Counted from the first letter of the stretch, positions 48,840-59,273 are shown. The stretch: DNA of 64,000 nucleotides from an uncultured Thermoplasmatales archaeon (GCA_964527715.1 CAZGOD010000007.1:6622-70621), one strand, 5' to 3'. Notes: generated from the letters alone by a model not told the origin. Translations and numbers: made by a program.

Positions 48840-49928
48840 CTAGTTTTCTTCTGTTTTTTGGTATTTCCATACCCATTTTAAATTTCCGATGAAGTTCCAT
48901 ATGGTGGAGAATACTATGCCGATTAGCATGGAGATTAGGTAGTACATGTTAACTATTTCTGTGAATACGTAGAGGCTTGCGAAGTTGATTAGGATACCTA
49001 TGAATCTGGTGGCATGGTCTTTTATGATTGCTTTTTTTATGTCTATGTGTTTTGCTTCTTCTTTAAATGTCCATGCTCTGTTTAAAAAGAAGTTGAAGAG
49101 TACGGAGGCTTCTATTGAAATAGCTCCGGATATTAGGTAGTGTAAACCTAGGTTTGTAAAGAGATAAAGTATGCCAAGGTTTACTCCCACTCCTAGGAAG
49201 CCGATGAAGCAGAATTTTATTAGTTTTACAAGTTTTCTAGAGGTCCATAAAAGGCTGAGTAGGTGTGATAGGTAATAGAATATTACTACTAGGCCTAGTT
49301 TGCTTTTACCTGATTCTCTTATGCCGAATTCGTAGCCTATTTCTTTGACTTTTTGGTATTTACCTAGTACAAGTATTTCAAGGAGGATTTTGTATCCAAT
49401 AGGTTTTAGCTTAGTATCTTTTATGACTTCTTTTTTGAAAGCAAAAAAACCTGATTCTTTATCATGTATGTTTTTTGTTTCACTGAAGAAAAAGTTTGCG
49501 AGTGTTTCTGCTCCTTTTGATACTATTTTTCTAAATGTGTTCCATTCTCCTAGGCTTCCACCCTCGACATGTCTGCTACCAATTGCGATGTCTGCTCCGT
49601 TTTTTATAGCCTGTATGAGTTCTGCTATTTTTTCAGGTGGATGTTGTAAATCTGCATCCATTACTAGTAAGATGTCTCCTTTGGCGTGTTTGAATCCTTC
49701 TATGCATGCTGATGCGAGTCCTCGTTCTTTTTTTCTAACGATTAGGTTGATTGGATGTTTTTTCTTATATTTGTTTACAATTTCAACTGTTCCATCCTGT
49801 GAGTCATCATCTACTACTATTATTTCTCCATCTATTTTGTTATCTTTTAATACTTTGAATGTTTTATTAAAAAGTTTTGGAAGGTTTTCTTTTTCCTTGT
49901 ATGTTGGGACAATTATGGAGAGTTTCAT
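48840..49928 (-). CDS. GT2 dolichol-phosphate glycosyltransferase (Dpm1-like) fused to a GtrA domain
   Basis: IVPTYKE, VDDDSQDGT, MDADLQHPPE, GSR, R..G.SKL; C-terminal KFC..G..G..VN...NF..N..WTF. Confidence 0.9.
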   Translation of the reverse strand: MKLSIIVPTYKEKENLPKLFNKTFKVLKDNKIDGEIIVVDDDSQDGTVEIVNKYKKKHPINLIVRKKERGLASACIEGFKHAKGDILLVMDADLQHPPEKIAELIQAIKNGADIAIGSRHVEGGSLGEWNTFRKIVSKGAETLANFFFSETKNIHDKESGFFAFKKEVIKDTKLKPIGYKILLEILVLGKYQKVKEIGYEFGIRESGKSKLGLVVIFYYLSHLLSLLWTSRKLVKLIKFCFIGFLGVGVNLGILYLFTNLGLHYLISGAISIEASVLFNFFLNRAWTFKEEAKHIDIKKAIIKDHATRFIGILINFASLYVFTEIVNMYYLISMLIGIVFSTIWNFIGNLKWVWKYQKTEEN

Positions 49929-49936
49929 ATGTTTCC

Positions 49937-51268
49937 TCAGCCTAGGTTTTTACTACCGTAAATGAAGATTTTATCATCAAATTTTTTTAGAAGTATGAAT
50001 TTTTCTCGTATAACCTGCATTATGTCAAGGTTTTCAAGGTTGACTCGGTCATATGCTGTGAACATTATAATGGTGTTGTTTTCTGATATATTTGATATTA
50101 TTTTTGTAAGAAGGTTGACTTCTTGTTGAGCATAGTATGTTGTTACTCGGGGGTTAGTTGAATATATGGTCACGTTTTCAGAGTAGTTTTCTTTTACGTA
50201 GTCGGTTACTTGTTCCCAGTTTATTTCATAAAAAGGTCTAATTGTGAGAATAGCTATGGATATTATTAGGAATAGTGTTAGTATTTTTTTAAATTTTTTC
50301 CATTTCTCTTTTTTCTTGTAAGTTAAGCCTATGAAGATAAAAAGAGGTGGTAAAATTGGTAGGAGATAGTATTCATGGTTTGGTAGAATTAGGAAGAAAA
50401 AGGAGAATATCATGGTATAAAAAATGAGGGTTTTTTCTTCGAGGGATGCTGGTTTATGTTTCCAGAAGTAGAGTATTAGAGATATTGTTACTAGTATTGC
50501 TAGTAGTACCATGGCGAGTTGGTAAATTGGTGCGTTTGAATGCATGTTTCCTAGTCCAAAAAAATTAGAGGAGGACGATGCACCAGTTTTTAGGAATGAG
50601 GGTTTCACAAGTAATACATGAATGATCCATGGGAGAGGTACAAGTATTGCTTCTATGATTACTAGTAGGAAATATTTTATTTCAACTTTTTTGTAAAACA
50701 TGTAGTAAATCATTGGGAGAAATATTAATGCTGCTGGGATTTTTGTTAAAGCTGTAAGTCCTAAGAAGACTCCTGATAATATGAACCATTTTTTGTCTTT
50801 TTTAACTCCTAAGATGGTGAAGTAAAAAGAGACTGTCATGAGCATGACTGCGAACATGTCTATCTGTATGATTTTGCTGAATACTAGGGTCATTGGGAAA
50901 AAAGCGAATAATGATGCAGATATTAGAGCGGTTTTTTTATTTCCAAATAATAGGCCTATCTGGTATATGATCAGGGTAGTTGTTAGTGTGCAGAATACTA
51001 TGAACATTCTGAACATGGTTGCGCTTATTCCAAAGATTTTTGAAAGAGTGGTTAATGTGTAGACAAAAAGTGGTGGGTTGTCGAATCTCCAGTCGAGATA
51101 TGATCCTCCCTCTGTTATGTGTGTTACTCGTTGTAGGTAATATGCTTCGTTCCATGAATGAATGAGGCCGAGTGGTAACCATGTCCAGAGTATGTATAGT
51201 AATGTTGCGATTAATAAAATGGTTGAGATAGGATGTTTCTTAATGAAATCTCTAAGATTTTTGTTCAC
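49937..51268 (-). CDS. GT-C fold membrane glycosyltransferase (PMT_2/ArnT-like)
   Basis: WNEAYY, DNPPLF, GL..LTK, YLLP; about 11 TM. Confidence 0.82.
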   Translation of the reverse strand: MNKNLRDFIKKHPISTILLIATLLYILWTWLPLGLIHSWNEAYYLQRVTHITEGGSYLDWRFDNPPLFVYTLTTLSKIFGISATMFRMFIVFCTLTTTLIIYQIGLLFGNKKTALISASLFAFFPMTLVFSKIIQIDMFAVMLMTVSFYFTILGVKKDKKWFILSGVFLGLTALTKIPAALIFLPMIYYMFYKKVEIKYFLLVIIEAILVPLPWIIHVLLVKPSFLKTGASSSSNFFGLGNMHSNAPIYQLAMVLLAILVTISLILYFWKHKPASLEEKTLIFYTMIFSFFFLILPNHEYYLLPILPPLFIFIGLTYKKKEKWKKFKKILTLFLIISIAILTIRPFYEINWEQVTDYVKENYSENVTIYSTNPRVTTYYAQQEVNLLTKIISNISENNTIIMFTAYDRVNLENLDIMQVIREKFILLKKFDDKIFIYGSKNLG

Positions 51269-51485
51269 CTTTTTATCTCCTCATCCTTTCTGTTGAATGG
51301 AACATTCGGAAAGTATATAATCATTGCTGATTTTATTTTATGTTAATCTATGGGGGGAATTTCTAGTTGTTTCTGATTATAATGTATCATAATGTACTAT
51401 AAATGGAAAAATATTTATATGTGACAATAAAATACTAATAATGCAATAATATCAGTATTATTGAATTATAAATGAGCGGGGTAAC

Positions 51486-54400
51486 TTGTTTACAAAAACA
51501 AGCAAGTCAAACATCTTTATTGCAATACTTGTGGCATTTGTCATAATGATAAGCAGTTCTTTTTTTTCAATTACTCAGGCATTAGACATTGATAGCGGCT
51601 TTGATAAAGGTCCATCGTATATCCCTGTTGTTCCAATAAAAAAAATAACTTTTGTCAATTACGATGAAGATAGTTATCTCGATGATTATGCGTATCTAGC
51701 TGCTATTCCCTCTGCAGTATTTGAAGATGGAAATAAGCTGTTTTCTCATCCTTTATTGTTTTACCAAGATTATTACCCAGTTAAAAATGATAAAGAGCGT
51801 TCTTTGAATGCTCGTCAAGGTATTGATTATTTCATGGAAGATTGGATGGCTTATTGTGATGGTAATCTAGATCAGATGACATTAATTAATGTTGATAAAG
51901 AGGATGTAACACAATGGAAAGCCGATGAGTACGTAGAAATAGAGGGCGATAACCCTTATGAGGTTGCAAAAGAAATTGCATTATCGGATTGGTCATATTC
52001 AGATAATGCTGTTATTTCTGTTGTTGAAAAAACCTATGAGACACCTGATAATTTTACTAGCTCATCGATAAGTGGAACACTTGGTAATGGAAAGGAAATT
52101 TTGACAAAGACATTTTATACTCAGCAATTAAACAAGCTTCAGCCTCGGTTCCATGAGTTTGAGGTGCCAGATGGTTATAAATATTTAAAATCACGGACTT
52201 GGTGGGCATCGGTTTATATTGGTAAGGGTGATCAATTTGGTTTACCATTTGGTATTAATATTACTATACCTGCAGCTGATCCTGATTCTCAACTGTATTG
52301 TAAATTTAATGATGAATGGATGCAAGTAGCTGCTACTGCTAGTTGGAATATTGCGGGGATGGATAGTGAAAAAGCATCAACTTATGTGTATCAAAATGGT
52401 TTATGGAGACTTGGTATTACTGATGTTCCTACTATGGGTTTTATTGGTAAATATGGGAAGTTAGTTGACGTTATTAGAAACATGATAAAAGATGTAACTT
52501 ACCAAACTGATATTACAATTTTTCCAGGTGTTGAACTAGATCTCCCAGTTAATCCATGTTTTGGTTGTCGAGATGTAACATTTAAATTAACTTGGGATGA
52601 CCCTGATGTTAGTCTAGGTTTTTCATTGATTGGTCCTAGTGGTGAAGAGGTTCTTTCTGCTATTGAGGAGGGTGATTATCAGTCGATGCATTTAGATCAA
52701 TTGGGTGAGTGTTTGCCTGGTGAATCTTATTCTGTGAGTGTTTTTTCATTTGATGAATTTTCTGAGTCTGTTGATTTCAAGGTTGAATTTAGCTGGAGTC
52801 AGAATTTTTCTAAGGAGAAAGCTGTTGCTTTTGCCTCAGCAGCTAATGGTGCTGTGCTTGCTAGTTTGCTTAATGCTCCTCTTCTTTATACTCCTCCTTC
52901 TAGTTTGCCTCGTGTAACAAAAAATGTGTTGAATAAACTTGGTGTGAAGAATGTTTATCTTGTTGATCTTGGTGATTATCTCTTAAAAGAGGTAAAAGAG
53001 GAGATAAAAGATGTTGTGAGAATTAAAAAATGTTTTAGTGAGCCAGATCAGGTTTATAATGCTATTATGGACTTAACTGGTAGAAATGATGTTATTCTTA
53101 CTACGGTGGATCCATGGACTAAATGGTTTGCTGCTGAGATGAAACCAGATAATGAAACTGTTGCTGGTTTGTTTTGTGGTCCTGCGGCTTATTGTGCTGC
53201 GCATCATGGTAGTCCTGTTTTGATAGTTGATCTTTATCCAGAGCTTTCTTCTGCTATTGTATGGCATACTGAGTTTTGGAAGAGATATTCAAGTGGTTTT
53301 CGTAAACCCTCAGTTGCTCAGATGTATATAACTGGTAGTCGAGTGTATGATTTCTTAGAAAAACATGGTTTTGATAGGAAGGGGGAGGAGACTTTGATTA
53401 CTGTTGCGGATCAGTATGAGATTGGTGCTAGTTGGGATCGTACTTTCGTAGGAAAAGCAAAACCGGGGCGGTTCTTTGGTTCACCGGTTGATACATCGCA
53501 GTGGATATCGCGCTCTGTTTTTTATCCTGCGTTGATTTTTAATAATCCTGCGTTGAGCCCAGATGGTGTTAAATTAATTAATGGTAGTAAGAGTGTTAGA
53601 GCTAGTATATTGCCATGGGGTAATCGTGGGTTGAAAATCGTTCGTGATTCTCAAGAGGAGTTGTTTAGATATCCTACGCTTCAGTTTTATCCATGTCATT
53701 ATGATCGTATGAATGAAAGATTTGAGACATATTTTGGATTTAGGTATACATCTGCTGATGGTATGATACCGGGGATTACTGAGACATTTGATCCAATAGA
53801 TGATGGTGCAAGTCCTGGGAAAGAAGGTTCTGTATGGCCTGATATTACTCCGAGTGAGGTTGTACCTTTTTATCTGGAAAAAGGTGGGTTAAGTAGTGTG
53901 TTTTCTACTAATTTTTCAGCTACTGTTAGTAATCTTAATGAAGGGGTTATTCTCTGGTTTACTGGGACACATGGTAGTAGCGGTAGAAGTGGTTTTTTGG
54001 TGTCTTGGGATCCAGATTATAATTCTATAACTGAAATATTTAAACGGGATATTTTTATTAATAGGTTTGGTTTTTCTAAGGAGTTTAATCCTTGGAGGGG
54101 GTATGAATGGTATCTTGGTTCTACTGAGAATCCGGATACTATGACTATGGAGGTTCATGGTTTCTTACCCGCGCTCCTAGGTAATCCTTTTGGAAATGGT
54201 TTGCTTCCTACTGGTGAAGATTTCTGGCCGTCGGAAAGACCGGTTTTACATAGGTTGGCTAATCTTCCAATATTAAAATGGTTTTTACCTGAGTGGCTTA
54301 AGGATAGTGCTTACTATAAAGATGGTATGGTTAATGCTCATGTTATATCGAATTTGGCGTTGACTGGTTCGGCTTTTACTGGCTATAATTTAGATGATGC

Positions 54401-54935
54401 CTTGGATAATGTTCATTCTTGTGGATGGATTAATTATTGTTGTTTAACATCTTATAAATATATTCATTTAGCAATGATGCGACATGGTTCCCCATTCCAA
54501 GTCATCGATCCATGGCCGACATCATGGTATTGTGGTGTTTGGATGCAGAGTATACCGCGGGATATGGTTCTGGGTGATACTATAGGTGAGGCTTACCTTA
54601 AGGGTATCGAACATGTAGGGATTCTGTATATATCTGACCCTCCTCAATGGTGGTGGGATAATGGTGAGAATGTTTGTTTCTTTGGTGATCCTGATCTTAG
54701 AGTATTTGTGCCTGATACAAAGTTCAGTAGTGATAATTATTGGACAGAAGAAGAAACGGCTTCATTAGGATATGATGCAACTCTTTCTATTGATGGTCAT
54801 ATGCCTTTTGGTGCAACAGATTATCCTCATGAAAAAAGTCCAGAGGCGGGGACTCAATATATGCTCTGGGCAACCTTAACGGCTTTGATGATAATACTTG
54901 CTGTATCAGTGATTCTATTAAAACGTAAAAAATAA
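51486..54935 (+). CDS. Large secreted, C-terminally anchored protein with a putative gingipain (C25)-like domain
   Basis: Signal peptide; C-terminal TM plus KRKK; GTHG, NYCCLT, TIGEAY and FFGDP.L motifs. Confidence 0.65.
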   Translation: MFTKTSKSNIFIAILVAFVIMISSSFFSITQALDIDSGFDKGPSYIPVVPIKKITFVNYDEDSYLDDYAYLAAIPSAVFEDGNKLFSHPLLFYQDYYPVKNDKERSLNARQGIDYFMEDWMAYCDGNLDQMTLINVDKEDVTQWKADEYVEIEGDNPYEVAKEIALSDWSYSDNAVISVVEKTYETPDNFTSSSISGTLGNGKEILTKTFYTQQLNKLQPRFHEFEVPDGYKYLKSRTWWASVYIGKGDQFGLPFGINITIPAADPDSQLYCKFNDEWMQVAATASWNIAGMDSEKASTYVYQNGLWRLGITDVPTMGFIGKYGKLVDVIRNMIKDVTYQTDITIFPGVELDLPVNPCFGCRDVTFKLTWDDPDVSLGFSLIGPSGEEVLSAIEEGDYQSMHLDQLGECLPGESYSVSVFSFDEFSESVDFKVEFSWSQNFSKEKAVAFASAANGAVLASLLNAPLLYTPPSSLPRVTKNVLNKLGVKNVYLVDLGDYLLKEVKEEIKDVVRIKKCFSEPDQVYNAIMDLTGRNDVILTTVDPWTKWFAAEMKPDNETVAGLFCGPAAYCAAHHGSPVLIVDLYPELSSAIVWHTEFWKRYSSGFRKPSVAQMYITGSRVYDFLEKHGFDRKGEETLITVADQYEIGASWDRTFVGKAKPGRFFGSPVDTSQWISRSVFYPALIFNNPALSPDGVKLINGSKSVRASILPWGNRGLKIVRDSQEELFRYPTLQFYPCHYDRMNERFETYFGFRYTSADGMIPGITETFDPIDDGASPGKEGSVWPDITPSEVVPFYLEKGGLSSVFSTNFSATVSNLNEGVILWFTGTHGSSGRSGFLVSWDPDYNSITEIFKRDIFINRFGFSKEFNPWRGYEWYLGSTENPDTMTMEVHGFLPALLGNPFGNGLLPTGEDFWPSERPVLHRLANLPILKWFLPEWLKDSAYYKDGMVNAHVISNLALTGSAFTGYNLDDALDNVHSCGWINYCCLTSYKYIHLAMMRHGSPFQVIDPWPTSWYCGVWMQSIPRDMVLGDTIGEAYLKGIEHVGILYISDPPQWWWDNGENVCFFGDPDLRVFVPDTKFSSDNYWTEEETASLGYDATLSIDGHMPFGATDYPHEKSPEAGTQYMLWATLTALMIILAVSVILLKRKK

Positions 54936-55104
54936 TAAAATAAAATTACGGATGCGATAGGATAATGAAGTTAAGTGCTGTAAATTTATAAGACCTATCA
55001 TGTCATAGTTTAAAAATCGAGAGGAATAAGCAAAAGAGTACACTAAAACCTGCCTTTGCTTATATCGTCTTTATTTTATTTTTAGTTTCTTCTTAGCTTG
55101 ATTA

Positions 55105-55935
55105 TCAGCTAATCCGACATTCACCATCCGAGGTTCCATCCCAACTTCCATCTGCACAGCAATAGACAGAGATATAAGTTTTGCAGCATTGATAAATTGC
55201 CGGGATTGGCCAAACCTGTGTTTTGAATTTTGCTTTAGAAATAACTGTACCACAGTAATCACCATTATCATACTCTGTGTAATGGTTATGCCATAGTGTC
55301 CACCAGTTTCCATTTGTCCATGTGGATGACATATCAAAGACAAAGATTATGTGGTCACTCATAAAATAGAATCTACCTTTTGCAGTATTCTTCCATTGTT
55401 TCTGTCCAAAAACGTTAACTCCCTTGAGATACCAAGAACGAGTATATATATTTAGTCCACGTCCACCACCAAATAATAGCTCTCCCGTTATTGCTTCTCC
55501 ACCGGCTAAAGTTTGAACTACTTGATTTTCCTCTGTTCCACTGCATTCGCAGTCCCAAACAACTTCTTCCTCGATCTGTTCAGTTTCTACGTTTTGAAGC
55601 TGCAACTCTGTTACTTTTATATCATCATTAGATATGGTTACTTTGATATATCTTTCTTCACCTGATGACGGGATTAAAAGCGCATCATATCCGCTCTCTA
55701 TATCTGTTTTATAAATTTGGATTAAATCTTCAATTCCTGTCTGCCATTCAGCATAAGATATAATCACTTCTTCTGGTGCTTCATTCCAAGGCAAAGTTTC
55801 ATCATATGCTTCTCCTCCTGTTTCAAATGATGTAACCGTGTTTAAATTATTAGTAATTGTAGGTGCTGAAGCCATTACCGTCAGGAGTATAATGGCTGTT
55901 ATAGAGAGCATTGCCTTATTTGCCTTGCTCTTCAT
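55105..55935 (-). CDS. Secreted hypothetical protein
   Basis: Signal peptide, acidic middle region, Trp/Cys-rich C-domain; SD GGAGGTGA. Confidence 0.75.
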   Translation of the reverse strand: MKSKANKAMLSITAIILLTVMASAPTITNNLNTVTSFETGGEAYDETLPWNEAPEEVIISYAEWQTGIEDLIQIYKTDIESGYDALLIPSSGEERYIKVTISNDDIKVTELQLQNVETEQIEEEVVWDCECSGTEENQVVQTLAGGEAITGELLFGGGRGLNIYTRSWYLKGVNVFGQKQWKNTAKGRFYFMSDHIIFVFDMSSTWTNGNWWTLWHNHYTEYDNGDYCGTVISKAKFKTQVWPIPAIYQCCKTYISVYCCADGSWDGTSDGECRIS

Positions 55936-56194
55936 TTTTCACCTCCACCATCTGTTTATTCATCAATGTTATCATCGATGGCATAATAACATTTTTTAAT
56001 ATTTGGGTATTGAAATCTAATATGATTTATAAGAGTAAGTATGTCAAATTGGATAAATCGGGGAAAAACATTATATATAAGATATTGGCATATTATTTAA
56101 CATAGGTTAGTCTTATGACTAAAAAGGAAAGAGAATTAATCAAATCCTTTATGCAAGAAATGAAAGAATCTAGCAAATATTGCTCTAGATTGCA

Positions 56195-56671
56195 TTAGAT
56201 TTTTTTCTCTATCTTATAACTTTCTTTAAGCCACTTTTCTATATAAACACCATATTCTGAATTCATTATTTTTTCTATCTCTTTTTCTTTAATTTTCTTA
56301 TTTTCTGTACCTGCTACTCTAAAAAATTCTCTTTCTAATGAATGATCACTCTTAATAAGTTCATTAATTCTCCATTCTTGAATTTGATTTACAGATTCAG
56401 GAGTTGCCAACTGTTTGAAATTATTTTTAATTAAGAAAATCTGAGAAGAATATAATGAAGTTCTGTGATTTCCCTCTTTAAACGCATGATGGACAACTAA
56501 AGAGATACAATATGCAAGTGCCTTTTTATATAGATCATTATCAAATTTATTTTTAACAAAATCTAAAGTAAATTTTACATATTTTGGTTGTTCATAACAA
56601 AATATCTCATTTTTGGTTAGCGATAATTCATTAATTTTTACAATTTCTTCTTCGGTGAGATATTTTATCAT
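56195..56671 (-). CDS. Fic/Doc family protein
   Basis: YLT.EEI..IN start, KA..Y...L...HAFKEGNHRTS Fido motif. Confidence 0.85.
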   Translation of the reverse strand: MIKYLTEEEIVKINELSLTKNEIFCYEQPKYVKFTLDFVKNKFDNDLYKKALAYCISLVVHHAFKEGNHRTSLYSSQIFLIKNNFKQLATPESVNQIQEWRINELIKSDHSLEREFFRVAGTENKKIKEKEIEKIMNSEYGVYIEKWLKESYKIEKKI

Positions 56672-56775
56672 CTTTTCATAAATAGTCAGTTGAAAGAAAT
56701 ATTTTTTGTTTTTAGTATTATGGCTCTTTTTTTATAAACAGTAAAAGTTTAGATTGCTCTAAGTAAAACTGATTA

Positions 56776-56850
56776 CGGACGCGGCGGGATTTGAACCCGC
56801 GATCACTGGCTTAGAAGGCCAGTGCCATATCCAGGCTAGGCCACGCGCCC
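56776..56850 (-). tRNA. trnR: tRNA-Arg(TCT)
   Basis: Cloverleaf; anticodon arm CTGGC-CT-TCT-AA-GCCAG; T-loop TTCAAAT. Confidence 0.95.
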
Positions 56851-56937
56851 AAATATTTTATTTTTTTAACAACGGGGATGATGTTACGTATTTAATTAAA
56901 ATTGATAAAATTATGTAATTTAAAAATGTTGTTTTTT

Positions 56938-57162
56938 TTATTCGAAAGGTGCTGCTTCTCCAATTAAGTCTACATGTGTAAGAATCATGCGTCTACAGCA
57001 GTATCTTTCTACTCCGAGATCGTCGAGTATCTGTTTGGGGCTTTCCTTGGGTTTTTCGCCCTTTTTCAGGGCTTTTTTATATTCATCATAACGTTTCTGG
57101 TAGTCCTCCCAGATATCTCCAAGGACTTTTCCGCATGTAAAACATCTTACAGGTATTATCAT
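56938..57162 (-). CDS. rpoN: RNA polymerase subunit N (Rpo10)
   Basis: [12 protein letters not shown]...[14 protein letters not shown]. Confidence 0.95.
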   Translation of the reverse strand: MIIPVRCFTCGKVLGDIWEDYQKRYDEYKKALKKGEKPKESPKQILDDLGVERYCCRRMILTHVDLIGEAAPFE

Positions 57163-57166
57163 AATA

Positions 57167-57571
57167 TCACCTATATGATTTCTGTCTTCTCTTTCTGGCA
57201 CCACGGCCAAGAGGTTTTTTAGGCTCCTTTCTACGAGAATCACTCACTAGGAGGCTCCTATCATGATCTAGATACGCTATTTTAAGGCTAGGGTCACTGG
57301 TGTAATCAACGAGTCCTTTAGCAATTGCTGTTCTAGCGGCCATTGCTTGACTCATAAAGCCACCACCACTAACGGTGACGTCAACATTGATTTTGTTGAT
57401 ATGTCCTTTGGCGATGTCGACAGCTTCAATTATTTTCCATCGTGCAATCTCTGGTTCATAAAGTTCGATGGGTTTTTTGTTAATTCTGACTAGTCCTGTT
57501 CCTTTTTTAACTGTTGCTCGTGCAACCGCGGTTTTTCTTTTTCCTGAGGTGTTTACGACTTTTTTTACCAT
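57167..57571 (-). CDS. rps9: 30S ribosomal protein S9
   Basis: [27 protein letters not shown]. Confidence 0.96.
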   Translation of the reverse strand: MVKKVVNTSGKRKTAVARATVKKGTGLVRINKKPIELYEPEIARWKIIEAVDIAKGHINKINVDVTVSGGGFMSQAMAARTAIAKGLVDYTSDPSLKIAYLDHDRSLLVSDSRRKEPKKPLGRGARKRRQKSYR

Positions 57572-57572
57572 G

Positions 57573-57989
57573 TTAAATATTCGCTCCTAGGAATTTAGAG
57601 AGTTCTTCTATGGTTATGTAATTAATAGGTTGTTTTTTAGCTTGTTCTATTGTTTCAATTTTTTTTCCTTCGAATTCTTTTGGGATACCTGTGTAGCATT
57701 TAAGTCTTTTAAAAGCGGCTCTGCCATGAGGTGTCTGATAGGGGATCATGCCGCGTATTGTTCTTTTAACGATGTCGTTAGGCATACGTGGATAGAATGG
57801 TCCTTTGCGGTATGTTCCAACTTCTCTTTTTTGTTGGTAATGTTTTTTGACGGATGTTTTTTTTCCGGATATTATTGCTTTTTCGGAGTTAATTACTGCG
57901 ATTTCTTCGCCGTTGAGAAGGCGTTTAGCGGTAACGGTGCTTAGTCTTCCGAGAGTTGCACCATTTGCGTCAATTATAGCAGCTGTCAT
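57573..57989 (-). CDS. rpl13: 50S ribosomal protein L13
   Basis: IIDA....LGRL...AKRLL.GE, RTIRGMIP. Confidence 0.95.
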   Translation of the reverse strand: MTAAIIDANGATLGRLSTVTAKRLLNGEEIAVINSEKAIISGKKTSVKKHYQQKREVGTYRKGPFYPRMPNDIVKRTIRGMIPYQTPHGRAAFKRLKCYTGIPKEFEGKKIETIEQAKKQPINYITIEELSKFLGANI

Positions 57990-57992
57990 TTT

Positions 57993-58358
57993 TTATCCCA
58001 ATATCCTAATGTCTTTTCCTTCAGGGTTGGTTTTTATAAGTTCTTTGATTGTCATATGTTTGCCACCTGCTTTTTTGATTTTTTCTTTTGATTTCTCTGA
58101 GAATGACCAGGCGGCAATTGAGATTTTTTTTGTTAATGCTCCATCTGATAGGACTTTTCCGGGTATTAGAGCGGTTTCTTTTTCACTTGTGTATTGATTT
58201 ATTTTGTTTAGGTTTACTTCTGGCCAGTTGCGTGATGGTTTTTCTAGTCTTGTGGCTATATCTTTCCATATTTGTGCATTTTTTTCATTTGCTTCTTTCT
58301 TTAGCTCGTGTATTAGTGATGTAAGTATTGGATTTGTTTTCTTGTTTTTACGGGTCAT
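57993..58358 (-). CDS. rpl18e: 50S ribosomal protein L18e
   Basis: KTNP.L..LI..L, EVNL.KI, PGKVLS.G. The true start is MTRKNKK at 58358. Confidence 0.93.
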   Translation of the reverse strand: MTRKNKKTNPILTSLIHELKKEANEKNAQIWKDIATRLEKPSRNWPEVNLNKINQYTSEKETALIPGKVLSDGALTKKISIAAWSFSEKSKEKIKKAGGKHMTIKELIKTNPEGKDIRILG

Positions 58359-58426
58359 ATGTTTATTTCTCCAGATGTGCGAGTTGTAGTGAAAGCAAGT
58401 AGTATTTATAATATTTATGGATAGTG

Positions 58427-59266
58427 TTAGATATCTCTGATTCTGAATGTGAGGTATGATAGTCCAAGCATTGAGATGATCCAGATTAATAGTATTGATA
58501 TTAGTACGCCGTTGTTGTATATTTCTTCTGGGAAAAATTCTACGTACATTGTTAAACCTAGTGATGGTAGTGGTATCGGTGAGGGTCCTATGTTGATGGC
58601 TACTAGGGATAGGAAAGTTTGGACGGGGCTGAAGACGTTTAAAGCAAAAAGTCCGCCTGCTTCGCTTTGGTAAACACCTCCTATGAACATTAGTGCAAAT
58701 ATGAGCATTCCCCAGAGGAATGAGAAGAAGCTCCATGTGAATATTGACATTCCCATGGATGTTGATCTTTTTTTAAGAAAGCTTGAGAAGAAAATTGATA
58801 TTGCTAGAAAAACTAGTCCTAGTAGTATTGTGAAGAAAATGTATGCTAGGTAGATTCCATAGTCTAGATTGTTTACATTAAAACCTATTACTATGCCTGC
58901 GAGTCCGAATCCTATGGTTATGCTTAGTGATACTATTAGTCCTAGTCCTATGAATTTTCCTATTATGATTTCTAGGCGTGTAACTGGGTAGGATAGAAGT
59001 GCGCTCATTGTTCCTCTTTCGATTTCTCCTGTGATTGATGCATAACCAAGCATTAGTCCTATGATTGGGACGATAAATTGAACAAAGAACATTAGCCATG
59101 TGATTGTGTTTTTGAAATCCGCCCATTGGCCGCTTGGTCCTAGCGTTCCAATTAGTGAGGATATAATTGCTATTGAGACAAAAATTCCGGTGATTACTAT
59201 GAATCCTTTGTTTCTAATGTTATCCATGATTTCTTTTTTGGCTATGTATAATATTGACATTGACAT
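58427..59266 (-). CDS. ABC-2 type transporter permease (NosY-like)
   Basis: IAKKE, I.GE.ERGT...LLSYPVTR.EI..GKF, C-terminal F...DI. Confidence 0.88.
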   Translation of the reverse strand: MSMSILYIAKKEIMDNIRNKGFIVITGIFVSIAIISSLIGTLGPSGQWADFKNTITWLMFFVQFIVPIIGLMLGYASITGEIERGTMSALLSYPVTRLEIIIGKFIGLGLIVSLSITIGFGLAGIVIGFNVNNLDYGIYLAYIFFTILLGLVFLAISIFFSSFLKKRSTSMGMSIFTWSFFSFLWGMLIFALMFIGGVYQSEAGGLFALNVFSPVQTFLSLVAINIGPSPIPLPSLGLTMYVEFFPEEIYNNGVLISILLIWIISMLGLSYLTFRIRDI

Positions 59267-59273
59267 GTTTGTT

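Larger units (their letters stand above)
54945..56790. mobile_element. Possible decayed islet integrated at the tRNA-Arg 3' end
   Basis: 15/19 direct repeat of the tRNA 3' end at 54945-54963 versus 56772-56790; carries a Fic gene; no integrase. Confidence 0.35.

Noticed and set aside
55026-55063. ATAAGCAAA/TTTGCTTAT inverted repeat between convergent genes
   Set aside because: A 9-bp AT-rich stem with a long loop; cannot be distinguished from chance or a simple terminator.
56115-56198. 27-aa plus-strand ORF as a Fic antitoxin
   Set aside because: Convergent rather than co-transcribed, very short, and without a recognisable motif.
57163-57243. Apparent N-terminal extension of RpoN
   Set aside because: It overlaps rps9; the canonical MIIPVRC start is at 57162.
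58359-58736. Apparent 125-aa N-terminal extension of L18e
   Set aside because: It overlaps the ABC permease in another frame; an SD and the family start lie at 58358.
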